Assembly (NCBI GenBank): GCA_031276035.1
Contig: JAISNV010000033.1
Location: forward strand, 4,057-68,056
Origin: Bacteroidales bacterium
Lineage (GTDB): Bacteria > Bacteroidota > Bacteroidia > Bacteroidales > BM520
Length of the DNA stretch: 64,000 bases
Direction of reading: 5' to 3'
In this document: in pieces, positions 20,465 through 28,563 of the stretch
Layout: every line of letters starts with the position of its first letter
Numbering within the stretch: position 1 is the first letter of the stretch
The notes under the pieces: model-generated
Told to the model about the DNA's origin: nothing
Seen by the model: the letters and a program-made list of their open reading frames with translations, nothing else
The model's database searches: none
Position numbers and translations under genes: made by a program

Positions 20465-22315
20465 ATGAAAAAATTTCTACTTATTACACTTATTCTTTTT
20501 CTCGGTACAACTGCTTTTTCACAAGCAATTGACATCAATTCTGCTAAATACTATGCACAACAATGGTTAAATATTGCAAATAATGAATCTGCAGAAGATT
20601 TAATTTGCGTTTACACTCATTCTAATGGTGAAAAATCACAAGATTATTTTTATATTTTCAACAGTAATGCAAACAAAACATTTATAATTGTTTCCGCTGA
20701 TGAAAGAGTTTTACCAATTTTAGGATATTCTGACGAAGGATGTTTTGATACAAATAATTTTCCTCCCAATATGAAAGCATGGTTAGATGGTTATGCCGCT
20801 GAAATGGATTATATCTTTTCTTTAGATAATATTGAAAAACATCCTGAATGGCAAAGCATTTCGGAAGGCAATATAAATAAAGGAACAGATGCTGTTGAAC
20901 CATTAATAAATTTACATTGGGATCAATCGCCACATTACAATGCACTTTGCCCCGGCAATAGTGTTACTGGATGTGTTGCTACCGCTATGGCAATGATAAT
21001 GAAATACTGGAACCATCCTGTAAAAGGATATGGCCAATCTTCATATTATCATTCAACTTATGGTATTTTATCTGCTAATTACGATACAACATTTTATCAA
21101 TGGGATCAAATGCCAATTCAGGTTACTTCTCCGAATATTGCCGTTGCAACTCTTATGTATCATTGTGGAGTTAGTGTCCGTATGCAATATGATCCGAGCG
21201 CAAGCGGTGCATATACTACAGATGTAGTTTATGCTTTAAAAACATATTTTGGTTATCAAAGTCAGTGTACTCATAAAAATAAAGAAGACTATTCAATCAC
21301 TGATTGGGAAAATATGATGAGAGCAGAACTGGATCTGGGAAGACCAATGCAATATCACGGCAGCGATGTATCATATGGTGGGCATTCATTTAATTTAGAC
21401 GGATATAATGATAATAACCAATTTCATTTCAATTGGGGTTGGAGTGGTAGCGGAAACGGATATTTCACAATATCTAATCTCAATGTAGGTTGGTATCAAT
21501 TTAACTCCAATCAGGGCGTTGTAATGAATATTGAACCTAATTGGGATATAATTTGTAATGAGGCTCAAAATTTAGTTGGAAATATTAACGGTTCCACCGT
21601 AACACTTACATGGGATGCTCCTGAAGAAAGCGATCTTACTTTAGAAGAATATGAAATTTATAAAGACGGTATAAAAATTGGAACAACAACAGAAACTTCT
21701 TTCACAGAGGAAAATATTAGTTTCGGAGAATATGAATATTGTATTAATGCCGTTTACGATAATGGATGTGTATCACCATATAAAGTTTGTACAACTATCA
21801 ACAGTACGGCTTGTTTACCTCCTGCTGATTTGCAAGCTATTGCGGATAATTCAACAGTAAATTTATCTTGGACTGCCCCCGCGAATTCTCCAAACTTAGA
21901 CGTTTATAAAATTTATCGTTTAGATGAATTTATCGGAGAAACAATTGAAACCGAATATACCGACGAAGATCTTGATAATGGTAATTATGAATATTGCGTA
22001 ATTGCTATTTATAATGAAATATATGAATCCGATGAGATTTGCGATGATGTTACTGTATTTACAGTAGGTATTATTAACAATAATAATGAAATAAAAATCT
22101 ATCCGAATCCCGCAAGTGATTATATAAATATTGAAGCTGAAAATATTACAGAAATTTCAATAATTGACATAAGTGGAAAAACTGTAAAAAACATACAAAC
22201 AAAAAGTAATCAAATCACAATTACCACAAGTGAACTCTTAGATGGTATTTATTTCCTTAAAATTACCTTTGAAGATAATAAATCTGTTTACAATAAATTT
22301 ATTATAAATAATTAG
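20465..22315 (+). CDS. Peptidase C10 (streptopain/SpeB-like cysteine protease) with an N-terminal Spi-type propeptide, two FN3-like domains and a T9SS C-terminal sorting domain
   Basis: A signal peptide is present. The catalytic Cys sits in NSVTGCVATAMAMIMKYW (TGT at 20972-20974) and the His in YGGHSFNLDGY. TLTWDAPE and NLSWTAPAN mark the FN3-like repeats. The C-terminus KIYPNPASDYINIE...GIYFLKI is a T9SS CTD. Confidence 0.9.
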   Translation: MKKFLLITLILFLGTTAFSQAIDINSAKYYAQQWLNIANNESAEDLICVYTHSNGEKSQDYFYIFNSNANKTFIIVSADERVLPILGYSDEGCFDTNNFPPNMKAWLDGYAAEMDYIFSLDNIEKHPEWQSISEGNINKGTDAVEPLINLHWDQSPHYNALCPGNSVTGCVATAMAMIMKYWNHPVKGYGQSSYYHSTYGILSANYDTTFYQWDQMPIQVTSPNIAVATLMYHCGVSVRMQYDPSASGAYTTDVVYALKTYFGYQSQCTHKNKEDYSITDWENMMRAELDLGRPMQYHGSDVSYGGHSFNLDGYNDNNQFHFNWGWSGSGNGYFTISNLNVGWYQFNSNQGVVMNIEPNWDIICNEAQNLVGNINGSTVTLTWDAPEESDLTLEEYEIYKDGIKIGTTTETSFTEENISFGEYEYCINAVYDNGCVSPYKVCTTINSTACLPPADLQAIADNSTVNLSWTAPANSPNLDVYKIYRLDEFIGETIETEYTDEDLDNGNYEYCVIAIYNEIYESDEICDDVTVFTVGIINNNNEIKIYPNPASDYINIEAENITEISIIDISGKTVKNIQTKSNQITITTSELLDGIYFLKITFEDNKSVYNKFIINN

Positions 22316-22340
22316 TGTTAATATCTTTTTGTTCCTAAAT

Positions 22341-22386
22341 TAATCCCTTAAAGGAGAAAATAATCAATTTCTTCTTTAAGGGATTA
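22341..22386. terminator. Bidirectional hairpin between convergent genes
   Basis: TAATCCCTTAAAG (22341-22353) pairs with CTTTAAGGGATTA (22374-22386), giving a 13-bp stem and a 20-nt loop. Confidence 0.5.
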
Positions 22387-22401
22387 TAATTTATATGGAG
22401 T

Positions 22402-22806
22402 TTAATTTGCGAAATTAAAATTTAACTCTGAAGGAAAAAACGGTGGACTATAAGTTTGACTATTATACCCTCCTTGATTTGTTCTCACTTCCAATAAAAA
22501 CTCTTTATCTGCAGGTACTTGAACTGTAACTTCACCACAAAATGGACCTCCTACAAAGCCATACAAATTAACTGTGTAAACTTGATCTGCAACTGCAGAT
22601 ATCCATGGATCATCACCACTTGATAGTTCTGTCGGCCATTTAAAAGTAAGTGTTGCTTGACTTGACGACGAAGAACACACCGAAATTTTTATAGTGTGTG
22701 ACCTTACCACTGTTTTAGTTTCTTCTGTCCCACTCAATCCGGCAGCAAAAACAGAAGTTGAAATTAATAGCATTGTTAAAAATGCATACAAATTGTTTTT
22801 TTTCAT
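22402..22806 (-). CDS. Small secreted protein of unknown function (134 aa)
   Basis: The signal peptide is MKKNNLYAFLTMLLISTSVFAA. The mature part is about 110 aa, beta-rich by composition, and contains 2 Cys. Confidence 0.7.
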   Translation of the reverse strand: MKKNNLYAFLTMLLISTSVFAAGLSGTEETKTVVRSHTIKISVCSSSSSQATLTFKWPTELSSGDDPWISAVADQVYTVNLYGFVGGPFCGEVTVQVPADKEFLLEVRTNQGGYNSQTYSPPFFPSELNFNFAN

Positions 22807-22882
22807 AATCTAATTTTAAGTTAATAAATTTATTGTTTGTATTAAAAATATAATTAAATTTTTAATCTAATTATCCAACTGT

Positions 22883-23275
22883 TTATGGGATCCGACCATC
22901 TAATTGCCTGTTGGGCATACCATAATAACTAACTGTGTGTATCTCTTCCGAATATTCAACATAAATATTAGTTTGTACTGGCAACCACCATATTGGATTA
23001 ATTGTTTGTCGTTGATATATAGTTACACCATCCTTTATACCATCAACAGTAGTTATAATATAACTAGAAATATTTTCCGTTGCCCCTACCCATTCTACTT
23101 TTACTGACACCACAGAATTGGGCTCATGTGTAATATCCGGAAAATCTTCAACATAAGTATAAAAAGAAGACGAAGATGTAGGTAGTGTTATTTGCCCAAA
23201 TATTGTTATTGAGGTAAATAGCATAAATGAAAATATTCCCCAAACTTTAAATTTTTTCATAAATAATCGTTTCAT
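22883..23275 (-). CDS. Small secreted protein of unknown function (about 125-130 aa)
   Basis: The likely start is MKRLFMKKFKVWGIFSFMLFTSITIFGQ, at 23275 or 23260. The longer ORF-track start at 23299 would overlap the upstream gene. Confidence 0.65.
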   Translation of the reverse strand: MKRLFMKKFKVWGIFSFMLFTSITIFGQITLPTSSSSFYTYVEDFPDITHEPNSVVSVKVEWVGATENISSYIITTVDGIKDGVTIYQRQTINPIWWLPVQTNIYVEYSEEIHTVSYYGMPNRQLDGRIP

Positions 23276-23285
23276 AAAAAATACT

Positions 23286-23612
23286 TTACCTAAAATCAAA
23301 TGTTACATTTTGTACGGCACTGGTAAAACTCTGTTGAGCATATCTTCCTGAATCTGTCATTACAATAACTGTGACAATTACAGAATTAGCATCTACCCAA
23401 AAATAGTCGCTTCCTACATGTGCTCCGTAATTGAGATCACCATACTTAACTTCGATTTCTTTTATTTGAAGGAGTTCTTTACCTATAGGGTTAAGCGCAT
23501 ACTTTACATTAACAGTTGCTGTAGTTATCTCCGGACATATTATTGTTACATTTGTTGCAACGTAATTTTGTCCGTAAACTACACTTGAAATCATAAATAA
23601 TATTAGAAACAC
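23286..23612 (-). CDS. Small secreted protein of unknown function; start codon uncertain
   Basis: The ORF-track start is GTG at 23610-23612. The in-frame upstream codons ATT-ATA-AAA-AGA-TTT-AAG-ACT-TTA-TTA would supply a typical basic n-region (IIKRFKTLL), but there is no ATG before the in-frame stop at 23685-23687. Confidence 0.6.
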   Translation of the reverse strand: MFLILFMISSVVYGQNYVATNVTIICPEITTATVNVKYALNPIGKELLQIKEIEVKYGDLNYGAHVGSDYFWVDANSVIVTVIVMTDSGRYAQQSFTSAVQNVTFDFR

Positions 23613-23671
23613 TAATAAAGTCTTAAATCTTTTTATAATTTTATTTTTTAATGAATAATTAATTGTCGTAA

Positions 23672-23687
23672 CAAAATTACAAAACTA
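23672..23687 (-). promoter_or_regulatory. Two adjacent -7 box candidates for the small secreted protein genes
   Basis: The reverse complements are TAATTTTG (23672-23679) and TAGTTTTG (23680-23687). Confidence 0.35.
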
Positions 23688-24222
23688 TAAACGACTTTGG
23701 AGTGTTTTTTATAAAGCATAGTCTTAATTACAGGCAAATGTTTTTAAAAGGTAGGCTAACATTATCAAATACTTATGTGATATTTTTCATAAAACACAAA
23801 AATACTATCATTTCTTTTGTTAAAAATTAATCCTCAAACCTTAATGAATCTTAAAGAATAAAATTTAAATGAAATATTTAATACTAATTTATGAAACAAT
23901 AAAAACTTACCGCTTACATATAAAAATTTTATTAAAAATAATTGTTTATTATTTCCAAGTAACAATTAAGTTAGATCGGCAATTTTAGTAGAATAATATC
24001 ATCCCTATCTTTTTTCAATCATAAAGTTCATTTAAATACCTAAAAACCAAAATTGCACACTGAAAAAATTGTTTTTAAATGTTCATTTTGATTCTTAATC
24101 GTAGGTAATTGCTTAATTGTCGTTTGATTGGTGAGAGTATTTTCCGCAAATAAACGTTTCTAAAAGCCTCGACTTCAATGAATATTTTTCGATACCTAAT
24201 TTAACGTAGTTAATGTAAGGCA

Positions 24223-24334
<112 letters not shown>

Positions 24335-24360
24335 TTTCATTTTTCAGCGTTTTAATTTAA

Positions 24361-24394
24361 ACCGGGCAGGTTGCAAGAACCTGTCCGGTTTTTT
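24361..24394. terminator. Rho-independent terminator directly after the minus-strand three-gene cassette, structurally bidirectional
   Basis: ACCGGGCAGGT (24361-24371) pairs with ACCTGTCCGGT (24379-24389), an 11-bp stem with one G-T pair and a 7-nt loop. A T5 run follows on the plus strand and TTTAAATTAAAA on the minus strand. The cassette stop codon is at 24399-24401. Confidence 0.7.
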
Positions 24395-24398
24395 GGTA

Positions 24399-24722
24399 TT
24401 AAAATTTTTTCAGCCTGGTTTTTGTCTCCTCAATTGTTTCATCATCTTTTTTGAAAAGAATATCCACACATTTATCTTCAACTTTTTTATAGCCAGAGAC
24501 TACTCCATTTTCTATTTTTTTATAACCCGAAACGGCTCCGTTTTCAATCAGTTTATAGCCTGCAACGATTCCATTTTCTATGAGTTTGTTTGCTCTTATT
24601 ATACGTTTAGTCATTTCAATCTCCTTTTTATTATTGTTATTATTATTGGATTGTGCTCTGATTTCACCCATTACCGTCAATCCTGCGGCAATGGCTAATG
24701 CCAAAATTAATTTTACTTTCAT
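24399..24722 (-). CDS. Small secreted protein with an Asn-rich linker and three tandem 11-residue repeats (K-[KL]-I-E-N-G-x-V-[AS]-G-Y)
   Basis: The start was moved to the ATG at 24720-24722 (MKVKLILALAIAAGLTVMGEIRAQ signal peptide, AGAGG 8 nt upstream), because the ORF-track start at 24848 overlaps the upstream gene. The three 33-nt DNA repeat units span 24489-24587. Confidence 0.7.
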   Translation of the reverse strand: MKVKLILALAIAAGLTVMGEIRAQSNNNNNNKKEIEMTKRIIRANKLIENGIVAGYKLIENGAVSGYKKIENGVVSGYKKVEDKCVDILFKKDDETIEETKTRLKKF

Positions 24723-24735
24723 TTTGACCTCTTTT

Positions 24736-25851
24736 TTATAATGTTTTAAAATCGCTTGGGTCTTTGAATATATTTCCTTTTGCCAATACCGTTCCGAAAA
24801 CATCCGGATATGCTTTGAATTGACGTACCGAAGTGCCGCCAAAACCATTTGTTAGTGCCTTTTTACGACCATCTTTGTAAGTAAAGGTACCTTGCGGTTT
24901 GTCCCAATTTAGTGTGCAAACCGGTGTGCTTGGAACCTCTCCTGTAACTCCCCAAACAGTTGCTCCGATGGCATTGGCGGTAAATTCGAGAATACCTGCT
25001 TCTACTTCCATCGTAATTTTGTAATGCATTGGCATAAAAGCACCCAACGCAGGTAAAAACGCCCATTCACTATGTTCAATATTAAAATTGCCGACCGGAA
25101 AAGATTGTTTTTCTTCAGTCAGATTAAGAACCATATCTTTAATTCCCATCTTCATTTCGTACATACTGCCAAAAACCTCATCAAAGTGAAACCACATCCA
25201 ATCTTCCCAACCACCAATTTCAGCAGCTGAAGAATCGACTGCAATATACCGTTCACGAACTCCGGCTCCTTTAATGTTGATTTTTTTACCGTCGATTGTT
25301 AAAGTGCCTTCCACCACTCCCGACCAGTTATAGCCATAGGCAATACTGTGCGGAGTGAGATATGAGGGTTCTTCTTTACCGTACCAAAGCGGGCAACCTT
25401 TTCCATAATGAACAAATTCGGCTTTGATTCCCTTTGCTTTGTCCTCAACGTTGTAATGCCAACTGTTGTCATCTTTACAGATTAAGTTAAAATCACCAAG
25501 TTGCACCAATACCTCTTTGTCTGTTTTGCTCACTTTATGTGAACCGCCAGGTAATACAGTTCTGCCAGTGACACCAACTTCCGGAAAATCTGCAAGTTTG
25601 TAAATGGAACCCGGGACTTGAATAACTTTTCCGGTTTTCCAGCTACATTCAATATTCCACATATCCACACCTTCGTGTGCAAGAATAAGTAGCGCTGTCC
25701 CAAACCAATAGGTATTGCCGTCGTCTCCGTATGCCACAAACGAACACAACCAGTCTAAGAATCCTCTTTCCTCGCCACCTTGCGGTATTCCGCGTGCTTC
25801 TGTTTCCAAAGTAACCTCAGGGCTACTTACTACTTTCACTTTTTTAATCAT
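24736..25851 (-). CDS. Hypothetical 371-aa W/G-rich, probably beta-rich protein; possibly an AttH/CrtC-like lipocalin-fold enzyme (weak)
   Basis: There is no signal peptide. GNTYWFGTALLILAHEG and GGWEDWMWFHFDE faintly recall the AttH/CrtC hydratase family, but this is not verifiable by eye. Confidence 0.5.
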   Translation of the reverse strand: MIKKVKVVSSPEVTLETEARGIPQGGEERGFLDWLCSFVAYGDDGNTYWFGTALLILAHEGVDMWNIECSWKTGKVIQVPGSIYKLADFPEVGVTGRTVLPGGSHKVSKTDKEVLVQLGDFNLICKDDNSWHYNVEDKAKGIKAEFVHYGKGCPLWYGKEEPSYLTPHSIAYGYNWSGVVEGTLTIDGKKINIKGAGVRERYIAVDSSAAEIGGWEDWMWFHFDEVFGSMYEMKMGIKDMVLNLTEEKQSFPVGNFNIEHSEWAFLPALGAFMPMHYKITMEVEAGILEFTANAIGATVWGVTGEVPSTPVCTLNWDKPQGTFTYKDGRKKALTNGFGGTSVRQFKAYPDVFGTVLAKGNIFKDPSDFKTL

Positions 25852-25864
25852 TTTAATCTCCTTT

Positions 25865-27175
25865 CTAATTATAATTTTTTGATAAATAATTTTTTTGATA
25901 TCGTTCTGCGTGCCAGCGCCCTGTTTTTTGTGTCACATCTTTCTTTGTGAAAAATGGTTTTATTCCTTCAGTTTTATAGATAATTTTCAATTCATCCAAA
26001 AAAGAAAGAAATGTTTTAATATATTTCTCGCCATCAATATTTTGAATGATTGAAACGCAAAATTTCCCACCCGCACAAATCATATCCAAACTAATTCCAG
26101 TTTCGCCGCCGAGGAGAAACACTGCATCAACAAAATCGTTGCATTCCCCAAAATCAAACCTGCCTAAATAACTCACAACATAAGTATTGATAGTCATTGT
26201 GTCGAAAAACGACATGAACACTTTTTTTTCGTCAAAACTGTTCATAGTGTCCAATTTGTCGCTCAAATCAATAAACGAATTGGCGACGGCTCTTACATAA
26301 TTCGACTCTCGCTGCTCCGTTAATGCCCGCCGCATGTCAAAGCAAACCTTCCTGATTTCAGCTGTTTTATCAGTGGCACAAAATGGCAAATAGATACTTC
26401 TGACACAATTTTTATGTGTGTTGGGTAGTTCGAGTTCCTGCCGCATATCGGCTGCAACACTCGTTACAATAGGCTTGTCTATATCCTCATTATTTAATAC
26501 AATGGACTTCGAAAATAAGTACGACAGCAACACAACCGGTGTAGCTTCGACACTTTTTGCAAAATCAATAAACGCCTTTTCGTCAATTTCAATGTCTTGG
26601 CGACTGCGGTCAGGTCTTTGGTGTGCGCACTCGGGCAAAGCAAATCCATCGCGAATAACTGTAGGTGGCACAAAATCATCAACGGTATATTTTTGCTCAA
26701 ACGGTTCGAATGTTTCGCCGTCTAACATTGTGGAGTCAGACTTCCGAATATGTTCTGCCTTAAATTTCTTATTTTTGGCAATGCAGAAATAATAATAAAT
26801 TAATGTTTCGATAAAAGGTTGAATCCCACGTCCATCGCAAATGGCGTGGTGAAACGATACATAAATGTGTGTGCCGTCGTACGAAACCTCAATCAAATGA
26901 TAACCTGCCGCCATACTTCCAAGCCGGTTAAACCTTTTTTTGCGAACAATCATCGAAATATCCGTGTTGTCTGCAAGATAAAAATCACCGTTTTTTTCAA
27001 CCAGTTTTCCGGCAAAGTACGGATACCTTTTAATTGTTTGGGTTAATGCACGAGTAAGGTAGCAACCCCAGACTTCTTCTTTGATTATCACATCAATAAT
27101 GGTACTATTCATCCCATTTGCACGATAACAAAACGGTTGTCCTGACCTTATTTTTTGCGCTTTAATTTTTTTCAT
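25865..27175 (-). CDS. Stand-alone condensation/CAT-superfamily acyltransferase with an HHxxxDG motif
   Basis: VSFHHAICDGRG is encoded at 26831-26851 (reverse complement CAC CAC GCC ATT TGC GAT GGA). The 436-aa length matches a free-standing NRPS-C / PapA5 / WS-DGAT-like domain. No adjacent carrier protein or adenylation gene is present. Confidence 0.65.
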   Translation of the reverse strand: MKKIKAQKIRSGQPFCYRANGMNSTIIDVIIKEEVWGCYLTRALTQTIKRYPYFAGKLVEKNGDFYLADNTDISMIVRKKRFNRLGSMAAGYHLIEVSYDGTHIYVSFHHAICDGRGIQPFIETLIYYYFCIAKNKKFKAEHIRKSDSTMLDGETFEPFEQKYTVDDFVPPTVIRDGFALPECAHQRPDRSRQDIEIDEKAFIDFAKSVEATPVVLLSYLFSKSIVLNNEDIDKPIVTSVAADMRQELELPNTHKNCVRSIYLPFCATDKTAEIRKVCFDMRRALTEQRESNYVRAVANSFIDLSDKLDTMNSFDEKKVFMSFFDTMTINTYVVSYLGRFDFGECNDFVDAVFLLGGETGISLDMICAGGKFCVSIIQNIDGEKYIKTFLSFLDELKIIYKTEGIKPFFTKKDVTQKTGRWHAERYQKNYLSKNYN

Positions 27176-27197
27176 TATGAAAATATTTTTTACACTG

Positions 27198-27205
27198 CAA
27201 AATTA
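27198..27205 (-). promoter_or_regulatory. -7 promoter box for the acyltransferase cassette
   Basis: The reverse complement is TAATTTTG, 23 nt upstream of the ATG at 27175. Confidence 0.45.
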
Positions 27206-27344
27206 TATCGGCTTTTGGATTTTCAAAAGGGCAAAAATTCGACAAAATTGGGATATTAGCAGAATATATAGAAATATATTGGTAAATAATACCTTTAAAA
27301 TAGCCCATAAGTCTAATCACAATATTTTTTAATTGAAAAATATG

Positions 27345-27352
27345 TACCTTTG
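27345..27352 (+). promoter_or_regulatory. -7 promoter box for the divergent AraC gene
   Basis: TACCTTTG lies 17 nt upstream of the ATG at 27369 and falls inside the longer ORF-track version. Confidence 0.45.
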
Positions 27353-27368
27353 TCGAAAATATTTTGAT

Positions 27369-28250
27369 ATGATAAAAGAAATTACGCCGCTTACGTGGCA
27401 AACAAATTTTAAAAGCAATATAGATTTTGACATTCAGTCTATTGAAGAAGATTTTATGTTGTTCGACAATGTGAAAGTGTTTCCTGCATTTGCTTACCCG
27501 TTCAAGGTTGACGTCACAACATTTATCATTTGCACCAAAGGTACGGCACGCGGAAAAATCGGATTAAAATCGTATGAAACTACTGCACCTTGTATGATTA
27601 CATTACTTGCTGACGAAATTCTACAACACGAATATATCAGCGATGATTTTGAAGGCCATTTTATTGTCATGTCGAAACGAATGACGGACAACCTGTTGCC
27701 GGATATTCAGGAACGCTTGCCTGTTGCGCTTTCGGTACGTCAAAATCCGTCTATACTTCTCAATGAAGACGATTTGAATTTGTTGAAAGGCTATTACTAT
27801 ATGCTGAAAAGAGTAGTTGAAATGATTGAAAATCCTCACCGTAAAAACATTGTGCAGCATTTAATGATCGCTTTTTATTATCATTCGAATTCGGGATTGC
27901 GTAAAACTCAGCAACAAGAGAGCCTGCCTACAAAACAAAATGAATATGTAGAGCGTTTTCTGACGCTTGCTGAAAAGTACTACAAGTTAGAACGACAAGT
28001 GGGATTTTATGCCGAAAAATTACATATCACGCCCAAATATCTGTCGCAAATAATCAAGACAAATACTGGCAAATCGGCAAATGATTGGATTGACGATTAT
28101 GTTATGCTCGAGGCAAAAGCGCTTTTGAAATCGTCAAAGCTGACTATCCAACAAATCAGTGACGAATTCAACTTTGCCGACCAATCTATTTTTGGTAAGT
28201 ATTTTAAACGGATTGAAGGCGTATCACCAAAAGAATACAGAGGAATGTAA
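27369..28250 (+). CDS. AraC-family transcriptional regulator (Bacteroides type)
   Basis: The C-terminal double HTH is FYAEKLHITPKYLSQIIKTNTGKSANDWIDDYVMLEAKALL...IQQISDEFNFADQSIFGKYFKRIEGVSPKEYR. Confidence 0.88.
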   Translation: MIKEITPLTWQTNFKSNIDFDIQSIEEDFMLFDNVKVFPAFAYPFKVDVTTFIICTKGTARGKIGLKSYETTAPCMITLLADEILQHEYISDDFEGHFIVMSKRMTDNLLPDIQERLPVALSVRQNPSILLNEDDLNLLKGYYYMLKRVVEMIENPHRKNIVQHLMIAFYYHSNSGLRKTQQQESLPTKQNEYVERFLTLAEKYYKLERQVGFYAEKLHITPKYLSQIIKTNTGKSANDWIDDYVMLEAKALLKSSKLTIQQISDEFNFADQSIFGKYFKRIEGVSPKEYRGM

Positions 28251-28502
28251 ATATCAAATGAGCAAACTCCAAATAACATTTTTTTATTTGTGTTAAGTCA
28301 TGTACAGAGTGATTGATTAAATCTCACTTTGCATTTATAGTTGAAGTGTTTTGCGGTTTTCCTTCATAACAATTGTTGATATTATTTCTACTGTTCGCGT
28401 TTCTTCTCAACAATTAAATCGGTGCAGACTTGGTTTGTTGAAGCATTTTTTAGGGTGATTTCGCAAAACCAATGAATACCACGCCAATAGCTTATTCCCA
28501 GC

Positions 28503-28521
28503 AAAGCCTGCAGGCTTTTTT
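28503..28521 (+). terminator. Candidate short terminator hairpin
   Basis: AAGCCTGCAGGCTT is a 14-bp palindrome followed by a T run. It lies about 250 nt downstream of the AraC stop, so it is unclear which gene it serves. Confidence 0.3.
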
Positions 28522-28563
28522 ACTGATTTTGTTTAGTGCTTCAGCTTTGGTTTGTTTTGGGGT

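Noticed and set aside
23659-24123. The 11-mer TTAATTGTCGT occurs twice (23659-23669 and 24113-24123) in the long spacer.
   Set aside because: It is a single short direct repeat in AT-rich DNA, with no flanking similarity or associated ORF. That is not enough to call a mobile-element boundary.
24393-25066. A plus-strand 101-aa ORF (24393-24698), the long 149-aa version of the small protein (start 24848), and internal minus-strand ORFs (24863-25066, 25530-25739).
   Set aside because: These are shadow or out-of-frame ORFs inside the cassette genes. The 149-aa version overlaps the upstream CDS by 113 nt, whereas the ATG at 24722 has an AGAGG upstream and begins a proper signal peptide.
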